Shown here: one piece after another, positions 35,734 through 43,906 of the stretch | Layout of the letters: the number at the start of each line of letters is the position of its first letter | Position numbering within the stretch: position 1 is the stretch's first letter | Source of the DNA: Prorocentrum cordatum | Taxonomy: Eukaryota | Direction of reading: 5' to 3' | Length of the DNA stretch: 64,000 nucleotides | Assembly (NCBI GenBank): GCA_963575745.1 | Contig: CAUYUJ010000056.1 | Coordinates: forward strand, 1-64,000 | Translations under genes and position numbers: made by a program | Notes under the pieces: generated by a model | The model's input: only the letters and a program-made list of their open reading frames with translations | Told to the model about the DNA's origin: nothing | The model's database searches: none

Positions 35734-37409
35734 ACAGCATTCAGGCGTCTGACTTGCAGATTGGCGGGCTCTTGGATTTTCTGGAGAGAGACCACGTATA
35801 CCATGAGCCAGATTTGAATAAGAAGGGCATAGGCGAGGGCTCCTCGCAAGCTGACGAACATGTCGGTAATGAGTTTCGTGGCTTTGGCATCGGCCGCCGC
35901 TCCTGTAAGTTCTGGGTGTGTGATAAGACGTAGTTGTTTGATATACTCGTCCTGATCCATAATCGCATCCCCTTGATCATTCTTAGTGTAGCGAACGGCG
36001 CAGTTCGTATGCGTGTGTTTGTTTAGCTTGCATTTGCCAAACACCTTTTCGACACGCTGGACGTAGTCGTCTATATTTTTCTCTAGACCAGTCATGTTAT
36101 TATCATCGACATGTTTTGCCGTTAGCAGATCTTGGCTGAATTCAAATTCAGGGTCATAACTGGTCGGTGTAAGACCCATAGCTCGTGTGGTCGTACGAAG
36201 TTTGAAAGAGAACGCTCTTGGAGCATCCTTTGTACCCGTTCCTGGTTTGAGGCATCTGAGGCAGTGTCGGCTTTCGTCATAGGATGAGAAGCCGGGTAGT
36301 GCACGAAGTACCTGGGCACTTCCCGGTGGAAGAGTGAAGCAGACCATGCGAGTTTCCTCGCCTGTGGCATGGGCAAGTTCCTCATAGGTCAAACCCTTGA
36401 GGAACGCCTTGTCGATATCCATGGATGCTAAGATCCACTCTGGATGGCATGCCGCCTCACTTGCCAGGAGTCTTTGGGACTGCCTTCGGACGGTTCCAGA
36501 GAATGTTTCCACATCGAAAGCCTCAGTATCCATAAATCCGCGAAGGACAAGTCTGAGACGAATGGTTTTAACGTTCTCGGTACCCACCTTTACAAACTTC
36601 CACTTGTATACATACCTGGATGTCATGATGTTGGAAGCTTTGGATAGATCATACATCTCAAAGCATCGGTTGTCAATCCAGATTTTGAGCTCAGTATACA
36701 AAGCTTCACTAACCTCCTTTGGGTGTGCTGCTATGTCGGCTTTGGTCAGTAGATCATCTTCTTTAACGACCACAGCACGTTTAGCAGCAGAGGATACATA
36801 TACTCTCATCGTTGCGACCATATCGGTGTCGAGCTGTGCAAGTTGAGTCTGATCTAACACTATTTTTGACATTTCTGATGTAAAACATAACTCAACGTAA
36901 GGACCATATTCATCACTATCAAGAGAGTAGCTCTCGTCAGGTGTGGTTGAGCAGAGAGAGACTATACAGGACTCTCGTGGTTCAGGCTCGTCTCCGAGCG
37001 TGACCGATGATATGGTATCTTCTTCGTCCATAGATGCTGAAACCAAAACACATTGGTCAGGCAGCATGGTTGTTGGGACGCAGTAAAGATAATCGTCGGT
37101 AGTCGTCGTAGGATGAAGGTCCATACGTAGTTCGTCGTACCACTCTTCCAGCATCATAGCTTCGATATTATGTTCCTCATTTTCCTCATAGATTGTCGAC
37201 AGACGACCTTCGCTCGGCGATGAAGCACCCGGGGTGTCTGGAGGAGGCCTGTTTCCAGGCGAATCGTGTTCTCCAGACGTGTTGCTTGAGTGCTGATATT
37301 TAGCCAGGTCGTCGTGAAATCCTAAGGAAGGGACACGTGAAGTCAAGCATTGAATGAGTCTGGAATGAGTGCTACCAGTGATCTGAGAAATGTTTAGGCC
37401 GGTGCCCAC
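35730..37409 (-). CDS. pol: Copia-type (RVT_2-like) reverse transcriptase segment of Pol
   Basis: Motifs SRYVYKWK...RLRLVLRGF...MDIDKAFLKG...GTKDAPRAF...HVDD. Confidence 0.93.
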   Translation of the reverse strand: MGTGLNISQITGSTHSRLIQCLTSRVPSLGFHDDLAKYQHSSNTSGEHDSPGNRPPPDTPGASSPSEGRLSTIYEENEEHNIEAMMLEEWYDELRMDLHPTTTTDDYLYCVPTTMLPDQCVLVSASMDEEDTISSVTLGDEPEPRESCIVSLCSTTPDESYSLDSDEYGPYVELCFTSEMSKIVLDQTQLAQLDTDMVATMRVYVSSAAKRAVVVKEDDLLTKADIAAHPKEVSEALYTELKIWIDNRCFEMYDLSKASNIMTSRYVYKWKFVKVGTENVKTIRLRLVLRGFMDTEAFDVETFSGTVRRQSQRLLASEAACHPEWILASMDIDKAFLKGLTYEELAHATGEETRMVCFTLPPGSAQVLRALPGFSSYDESRHCLRCLKPGTGTKDAPRAFSFKLRTTTRAMGLTPTSYDPEFEFSQDLLTAKHVDDNNMTGLEKNIDDYVQRVEKVFGKCKLNKHTHTNCAVRYTKNDQGDAIMDQDEYIKQLRLITHPELTGAAADAKATKLITDMFVSLRGALAYALLIQIWLMVYVVSLQKIQEPANLQVRRLNAV

Positions 37410-40400
37410 ACACTCGTAGTAGTGGAAAGCGGGCTGATATCGTTGTCATAGTGGATCAGCGTAGACCCGGTGGCGTACTTTACTGCAGGTAGGATTGACA
37501 CACTTTTGGCCAATCTAACTGCCACTACATGTTCTACTCGAAAGTAGTTTCGTACGAGATACTGCAGTGCTAGATGTACGCGCGGGTGAAACTTGCTGTC
37601 GTCTGAAAGATTAAGGTTTCCCTTGTAATCGGGGATATAGCCGAAAACTTTGGCAGGTTTCCCTGCGCCGAGGTGTGCCACATATGTAAGGGCGGTTTGC
37701 ATGGCCATATTATCCATGCCAAGTTCCCGTGTGAGGAGGCATTCAATGTATAGTGTGTGACGAGCATCAGGATACATCACAATTACCTCACGAGATCCTG
37801 CCTTGACAACAATATGTCCTCTTTCAGGCACATTACGGATCACCGGGAATGGGCCATTCCAGCCTCCATGGTCGTCCTTGGTGGCAGTGGGTCGGTGGTA
37901 ATCGACCAAATCCCCTGCAGAATAAAGGCGAGCACCATCAGGAGTCGTTTTAGCCCTAAGAGCCCGATTTGTCTTGGCCACAGCAGTGGCCTGAGTTATA
38001 GCTTCTAGGCTGACTTCCCGTACACGGCGTTCTCGTTCGTGTCCTGAAGTCTCGGGTCCCTTGGGAAAGTCAAGGGTATCGAGATCGGGAAGGAAGGAGG
38101 GCTGACGCCCTGTGTGTGCTTGGTATGGCGATACTCCGATATAAAACGTAAAAGCATTAGTAACGAAGATGCCTTCCGCCAATACTCTAGTGAATACAAC
38201 AGGGATGTTGTGTTTATTCAGTTCTTCCTCAATCATGTGGAGGACGCCTCTGAGGATGCCGTTCCGTGACTCAATTGAAGTCGCGTGTTGGCCAGGTGCT
38301 CGGATGCGAAGTTCCGTGCCCTTGTTGGCCATCATGGTTTCAGCGGCATCGTTATTCAGGGCGCCTTCTCCGTCTGAGTATAAGACTTTGAAGGGTCCGT
38401 GATAGGCAATCCAGCAGTAGTGGTAGGCGTCAATGATAGCGTCACGGTCTCTGTCGGAAATTTCTAGGCCAGCTGCCAGGCGAATACAGCGATCCATAAT
38501 GTGAAATATGGTCCGCTTTTTGTAGAACATGAGGTCCATTTCACCTTCGTCAAGCCAGTTACCAGGAAGGCTCACCGTGGGTAGTGTTGAGTTTCCTGGA
38601 CGTTCCCATGCTCTGCATTCCCGACAGGTATCGCAAACTTCCTTGATCATGTTCAGTCGAACTTTATCAAGCCCCACTTTGTCGAGGATTAGCCTCATCT
38701 TTGGTTCCTTCGCATGATGCCATCGCAGATGTAGTTTTCGGAGTTCCTTTTTCACGACGTGAGGTTCGTGACTACGGAGACTCTGTAGACTGTGTTGGAT
38801 GTCGAATCTAGTCCAGTCAGGTAGTCGAGGAGCCCCAGAGCCGGTAGAGGCAAGAGGGTTCCTTGTAGCTCTCCGTAGTTGGTCCCCTGTATTGACTGCA
38901 TCTGGAGGTGGTGGTACGCCTTGTAGGCGGCCCCGACGGGCCGCTACCTGTGGCGTTTCGCTAGAGGACGCAGAAGGCGTGTTTCCACGCTCGGGGGCGT
39001 CTTGTAGCATGTCGTAGCTGCTGGCACCAGATGTCGGATCGACGTTACCGAAGGATCGTGGTCGTGGTGGCCTGGCGTGTGCGCCTTGGCGGCCACCTGA
39101 AGCTGAAGCTTGGCCCTCACCCGGTTTAGGTAAGGGTTTCCACCAAGCTGGCACGGTTTTGCCTTCGGGGTCGTGATCGTCTGGAAGTTTAAATGGTTCA
39201 GCAAAACGACATTTACCAGGTTCGGTATCGAGGTGGTTCTTAACACCCTTGCTTCTCGTAAGATCCCTCTGGCATGCCGGACATGGCCAGTATACAGAGA
39301 TGGAATCATGATATTTACACTGTGTAGGGTCTCTGTTATGGCTAGGACTGTCCTTTCGGACGTTGTCGACGCATGCCGGGCAAGTGGCCACCTTTGGGAT
39401 GATACGATCACCGATGCGTCTCATACCTTCGCCTGGTTCAGCTTGATCGGGAAGGTCTGCAGGGTAAGCATGTGCAGTATTTATAAGCGCGTTTCCGCGC
39501 GTAGTGTCAATGGCTTTCGCCAGATAGACGGCTTCCACGAAGGCAGACTGCAGTCGTCGAGTGTATTTTTGTGCCAGTGAAAGCTCTTTATTGCACGGTT
39601 GTGCGTGCACATGCTGACCGTTGCACTTGAGTCGCTCAAAGGGTTTAAGAATTGTCTCGTCGTTGCTGGTGATATTTGTCGGCTTCTTAATATAGTCACC
39701 AGTTGTATCTTTGAGTCCCGTAGCACATTGGTCAATGCGTACGGTTGTAATGTGTGGTCGGTTGGCAAGTTTCTTCCATGGGGAAATATCATCCACCCAT
39801 GTTCCTGTAGGTTGTTCGCGTATAAACCACCTCCGAGCGTCATCTTGGGTTACAGCAATTTTACCACAATAAGTTATGTGTGGTAAATCTTCTCTGTGGT
39901 GCTGTTCCCAAGTGTTGTAGTTGACTTTGTAGTTGTAGTAGGATGGTGGTCCTGTGGTGCGGCAACTGGGTTGTAGCATGGCAACTCGTACGTAGCATAT
40001 AGCGAAGTAATGATCTATAACCCGCTGCACCGAGGGGTCTCCCAGGTCGACATATGTAGTCTTGTCTAGGTTGCCTCCTGAGGAGAGTCCCCTTGAGAAG
40101 GCAAGCTCTGAGATACCACCCTCACCGCCACAAAGCTCCAACATATCCACGCAGTTGTTATGACCATAGCATAGTGTAGCAACTATGCTGTATATGTTAG
40201 CGCGTGTGTCGGGCATAGATGTGGGGAGGGTAAGGAACAGGTCATCGTCCTCATCGGAGCTTATCAGCTCAATAGGGACGTCAGTACTCCAGGTTGCCAT
40301 CAGATCTTGTCCGAGTCCTGATAAATCGTCGCCGCAATCATCGTTTCCGTCTTCAGCGTGCTTTTTAATGCGGCGAAGCTTGATGCCTGCTTCCTTTTCG

Positions 40401-41500
40401 GCTTTGAGCCTTTCCTTCTGCTTGATACGCGATTCTGTGGGTAGAACTTGCTCATCTTGTTCGCCGGTCTGTGTGCCCATTGTCGTGGTTGAGTGGGTAC
40501 ATGCGTCAATCGCCAGAGTCGGGAGGGGGAGAGAACAGTCATCTATGATGGCGCGTCGAGGTTTCTGTGGTGATTGAATAGGCTCGTTTCCGAGCAAGAC
40601 CGGTTCTTCGGGTTGCCAATACAGCCGAGTACTGATGTTGGCAACCCCTGCAGGTAGTGGTGCATGCCAATCATACCCTGTTGGTTGATCGGTAACTGAG
40701 ATATCCTGAATAACCGCATTGGTATCCAGGTTAATTGTTACACGTCGGATAACTTCAGACCATTTCGGTCCTCCCTTATTGGTCGTCACGTAGTGACGGA
40801 TGTTGTGGTCTGTACGTGTATAGGTGTTTAAATATATAGGCACGTTTCCGTGCGTGGTGGTGCCCCCCAGGATGTTGTCGTTCAGATGACGGATGAGTGT
40901 AGTACGTGTCTGAGCTCGCCATTCAGCATGCCGTACTGCATGGCCGTACCAATCCAATACATGTTGTGGTATAGCCTGTTTGCATGTACATGCCCACAGC
41001 TTCGAGCTAATCGGTATTGATGACGCTACCTGCATATAAGTACCACTCGGTGTACTGTCTTGCATATTGAACCGAATACCGAAATGACACAAACGCATCC
41101 GTACTACTGACAACTTAAGATCTTCCAGGGTATCACGTACTGGAGATAACTTCCAAACATATCCTGGGGGACCACATATTATGATTTTCATACGGAGTTT
41201 CTTGGCTTTTATCAACAGGTTCTGGATACGTGACCAATGCGGGGCCACTCTCTTTCCTGGAGTCCGTACATACCAGTCACCCAGGGTACTAATCCATATG
41301 AGAGTATAATCTCCACTGATCACCGCACCCAGGTAATCTGTGCCCACGCTTGTCATAAGCTCATTGTGGGAAATACGATCACATATATAACCTCGGGTGC
41401 GGAGGTCGGCGCAAGCCTCTCTCGTATCCTCAATGACAAAAGCCCTCTTACTAAGGCAGGTTACCCCGCTGTCCTTGTTACCCCCCGGCTTTTCGGCCAA
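37394..41500 (-). CDS. pol: Pol segment: degenerate DNMT-like, C5-DNMT-like, two Cys/His fingers, integrase (HHCC, DDE, C-terminal SH3-like)
   Basis: Integrase motifs LHLRWHH..CREC, EMDLMF, LYSDGEG, IESRNG, PYQAHTG, GDLVDYHR..WNGP. DNMT-like motifs MLELCGGEGG, QPSC, REQP, IDQCATG..KKPT. Confidence 0.88.
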   Translation of the reverse strand: MAEKPGGNKDSGVTCLSKRAFVIEDTREACADLRTRGYICDRISHNELMTSVGTDYLGAVISGDYTLIWISTLGDWYVRTPGKRVAPHWSRIQNLLIKAKKLRMKIIICGPPGYVWKLSPVRDTLEDLKLSVVRMRLCHFGIRFNMQDSTPSGTYMQVASSIPISSKLWACTCKQAIPQHVLDWYGHAVRHAEWRAQTRTTLIRHLNDNILGGTTTHGNVPIYLNTYTRTDHNIRHYVTTNKGGPKWSEVIRRVTINLDTNAVIQDISVTDQPTGYDWHAPLPAGVANISTRLYWQPEEPVLLGNEPIQSPQKPRRAIIDDCSLPLPTLAIDACTHSTTTMGTQTGEQDEQVLPTESRIKQKERLKAEKEAGIKLRRIKKHAEDGNDDCGDDLSGLGQDLMATWSTDVPIELISSDEDDDLFLTLPTSMPDTRANIYSIVATLCYGHNNCVDMLELCGGEGGISELAFSRGLSSGGNLDKTTYVDLGDPSVQRVIDHYFAICYVRVAMLQPSCRTTGPPSYYNYKVNYNTWEQHHREDLPHITYCGKIAVTQDDARRWFIREQPTGTWVDDISPWKKLANRPHITTVRIDQCATGLKDTTGDYIKKPTNITSNDETILKPFERLKCNGQHVHAQPCNKELSLAQKYTRRLQSAFVEAVYLAKAIDTTRGNALINTAHAYPADLPDQAEPGEGMRRIGDRIIPKVATCPACVDNVRKDSPSHNRDPTQCKYHDSISVYWPCPACQRDLTRSKGVKNHLDTEPGKCRFAEPFKLPDDHDPEGKTVPAWWKPLPKPGEGQASASGGRQGAHARPPRPRSFGNVDPTSGASSYDMLQDAPERGNTPSASSSETPQVAARRGRLQGVPPPPDAVNTGDQLRRATRNPLASTGSGAPRLPDWTRFDIQHSLQSLRSHEPHVVKKELRKLHLRWHHAKEPKMRLILDKVGLDKVRLNMIKEVCDTCRECRAWERPGNSTLPTVSLPGNWLDEGEMDLMFYKKRTIFHIMDRCIRLAAGLEISDRDRDAIIDAYHYCWIAYHGPFKVLYSDGEGALNNDAAETMMANKGTELRIRAPGQHATSIESRNGILRGVLHMIEEELNKHNIPVVFTRVLAEGIFVTNAFTFYIGVSPYQAHTGRQPSFLPDLDTLDFPKGPETSGHERERRVREVSLEAITQATAVAKTNRALRAKTTPDGARLYSAGDLVDYHRPTATKDDHGGWNGPFPVIRNVPERGHIVVKAGSREVIVMYPDARHTLYIECLLTRELGMDNMAMQTALTYVAHLGAGKPAKVFGYIPDYKGNLNLSDDSKFHPRVHLALQYLVRNYFRVEHVVAVRLAKSVSILPAVKYATGSTLIHYDNDISPLSTTTSVWAPA
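39520..40155 (-). other. Cytosine-5 DNA methyltransferase-like domain
   Basis: Motif I-like ELCGGEG (40115-40150), motif IV-like PSC (~39962-39970) and motif VI-like EQP (39809-39817) occur in the expected order. Confidence 0.65.
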
Positions 41501-41539
41501 CAGGCAAGACGACGAGGGGGCGACGTCGCCCTGCCATCT

Positions 41540-43906
41540 TCAAGATAAAGAAGATGTGCCTGCAATGTCTGCCAGCATCTGGGCTTCCCTCAGATGCTGG
41601 AGCTCAGCACTGCAGCGCGCCGTGGCCTCAGAGGCGGATTGCTCCGCAAATGCTGTCAGCATGGATGGATTATCCATCAGCTGTTTCAGCACGCCTTTGG
41701 ACCTAGCGTCGCTGACCGTCTGCAGCTCACGGTTAGTGTATCCCATCACTATATTTCTGCTGGACTGTACAGCGTCCAAGGGTACACTTCCACCATGCTG
41801 GGCCAGTGTCCTGGCAACAAAGCAATCGAACGTCTCAAGATCGTCGATGCTGTCGCCTCGCATAGTGGCCTTGGCGAGCGTCTCCATCAACCCCTGAGGC
41901 AGGTTTCCCTGCAATTGCTCGCGCTCCTGCGCCGGGGTCGGCTCGCCCGTCAGCACTGTCTGGAATGACGTGCTGCTTGAGCTCGAGGCGGGTTGCCCCG
42001 CAGCTCCAAAACAATCACACCTGATCGACAGATGCCCTGACGGCAACTTCGTCGTCGGCATGATCTTGGAGCCCTCAGGGAGCTCCATTTTGACCTGCCC
42101 CTTACCAGGGAATATCAGCTTCTCCTGGCCTCGTTCAAGCACGATGATCGTGCGTTTGTCCTGCGTACTATCGAGGCCTAGGATGGCTGGCAGGTCCTTG
42201 CCACAGCCTGACACAATGTTCGTCTTGTATGAATCGAGTTGGGCCGACCCCTGGTACTCGCAGGCAATACTGAATGTGCCTACGGTATCCGCTGGGGCCG
42301 ACCCTTCTCCCACTCCGTTGATATTCAAACGAGAGCGGGGCTCGAACGTACAAGTACGGCCATGTGCCTCGGCAGCCTGGACGAACTTGCGGCTCGTGTT
42401 CTCGCCCATGATATTGATCTTCGAGCCGACATCGATGAGGATGGAATTTCCACCATCATCCAAGAACGTCTTACTCGGCTGCTTGATGTGCACCGTTTCT
42501 GAAGTGTCGGCTGTGCTGTTAGGCGGGTTTCCCCGCAGCCCAGTCGTACTCCCTGGCGGGTTGCCCCGCGTGACACTGGCATGCGACCTGCTTTCGGCCA
42601 TGCGCGCCAGGTCGATGTACTGGAAGTACGACACGTGCTGGGCGTGGTCGCCACGCTCCTCCCGCCAGTTGGCATACTCATCACGTATGCTCTTATACTG
42701 CTCGCGGGTCGTGCGCCTCGTCAGCGTCAGGTACGAGTGAAGGGCAATGTCCTGCAGCCCCTCATTCGTGATGTGATCCCGGTATTGCAGCCACTCCTCG
42801 AACTCCTCGTTCGTCGCTGTGATGTTGACGGCCCTGGCTGCCGTTGCTGCTGTTGCCACTGAGGAGTCTGATATGTCAAGCGACGGACTATCAGTCTCAG
42901 GATTGTCGGCATCCAGCATAAATGTTGTGTGCGCATTATCCATCTGGTTCTGGAAATATCGAACACGCAACTCACGCAGCTGGTCAGGGTCCAGTGCCAT
43001 CTCAGCCCCGCCTCCACTCTGGGGAGACATATGAGGGGTATTAGGCAGGTTTCCCTGCTGAGGCGCCGTCATCGGGATAAGCTGATCAAAATATCCCGTC
43101 TCCATCGGCGGCCTTACCTCCTCTGGCAGGTTTCCCTGCTGTTGGGGCTGAACTGTCTGCATATCTAGCATCCTGGCCGTCATCTCCTCCACCATGCTCC
43201 TCAACTCCCGCAGCTCCCCCGCTGCTTGCTCAGGAGTCTGAATGAAGGAGCCGGTCCACGGAAATGATGACGCTATGATGCCAGGTGCTCTGCAGATAGC
43301 ACATGGTGGCTGCTGAGGATCTCCCTCGCGCTGATTTGTGACATGGCCCACCACATTTGAATTCCAGCACCCTTCATGGAACAAGTGATTACACCTCAAA
43401 CGGTAAACACTTTCCCTGGGCTGAAATTCTTCGAGGCATACCGCGCAGGTATCTTCCATCCCAGCGAAGACCTCTACATCTGCTGCTCTGGGATATACCC
43501 GCCGCTGTCTCTTCAATACCGTCTCGGAGGGCATGAAGGCTGCTGGGGGAGTCCCCGTTGGGTCCAGCACCTCCGGCACTCCGGCATTTGGCACGGAGGT
43601 GGTAGGAGTCACAGCAGGCGAGTTTCCTCGCAAAGGTGAGCCCCTATTTCTTACAACCTCAAGTGCAGCTGCACGTGAATGATCTCGTACACTTTGCACG
43701 GCCTGCCTTCTCCTGAAACATGCCTGTTGAGTGTGGTAAGTCTGCCTGATGTAATCAGGCACGCCCCTACTGCCAGACGATATTGAATGGGCAGTGGGCT
43801 GGACAGCCACCTCTGGTGATGTCGGTGAAGGCATGAAGGCCATGTGCGGGTACATAGATTGGTCACTGCAGCGCACGTTAGTGAGGCTATGCATCTGATC
43901 CGCCAA
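41540..43906 (-). CDS. Polyprotein segment: RING-H2 finger plus retropepsin-like aspartic protease
   Basis: RING CAVCLEEF..RLRCNHLFHEGCW..CAICR (43289-43447); protease ILIDVGSKINIMG (~42405-42442), flap INGVG, and ILGLD. Confidence 0.85.
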   Translation of the reverse strand: MADQMHSLTNVRCSDQSMYPHMAFMPSPTSPEVAVQPTAHSISSGSRGVPDYIRQTYHTQQACFRRRQAVQSVRDHSRAAALEVVRNRGSPLRGNSPAVTPTTSVPNAGVPEVLDPTGTPPAAFMPSETVLKRQRRVYPRAADVEVFAGMEDTCAVCLEEFQPRESVYRLRCNHLFHEGCWNSNVVGHVTNQREGDPQQPPCAICRAPGIIASSFPWTGSFIQTPEQAAGELRELRSMVEEMTARMLDMQTVQPQQQGNLPEEVRPPMETGYFDQLIPMTAPQQGNLPNTPHMSPQSGGGAEMALDPDQLRELRVRYFQNQMDNAHTTFMLDADNPETDSPSLDISDSSVATAATAARAVNITATNEEFEEWLQYRDHITNEGLQDIALHSYLTLTRRTTREQYKSIRDEYANWREERGDHAQHVSYFQYIDLARMAESRSHASVTRGNPPGSTTGLRGNPPNSTADTSETVHIKQPSKTFLDDGGNSILIDVGSKINIMGENTSRKFVQAAEAHGRTCTFEPRSRLNINGVGEGSAPADTVGTFSIACEYQGSAQLDSYKTNIVSGCGKDLPAILGLDSTQDKRTIIVLERGQEKLIFPGKGQVKMELPEGSKIMPTTKLPSGHLSIRCDCFGAAGQPASSSSSTSFQTVLTGEPTPAQEREQLQGNLPQGLMETLAKATMRGDSIDDLETFDCFVARTLAQHGGSVPLDAVQSSRNIVMGYTNRELQTVSDARSKGVLKQLMDNPSMLTAFAEQSASEATARCSAELQHLREAQMLADIAGTSSLS

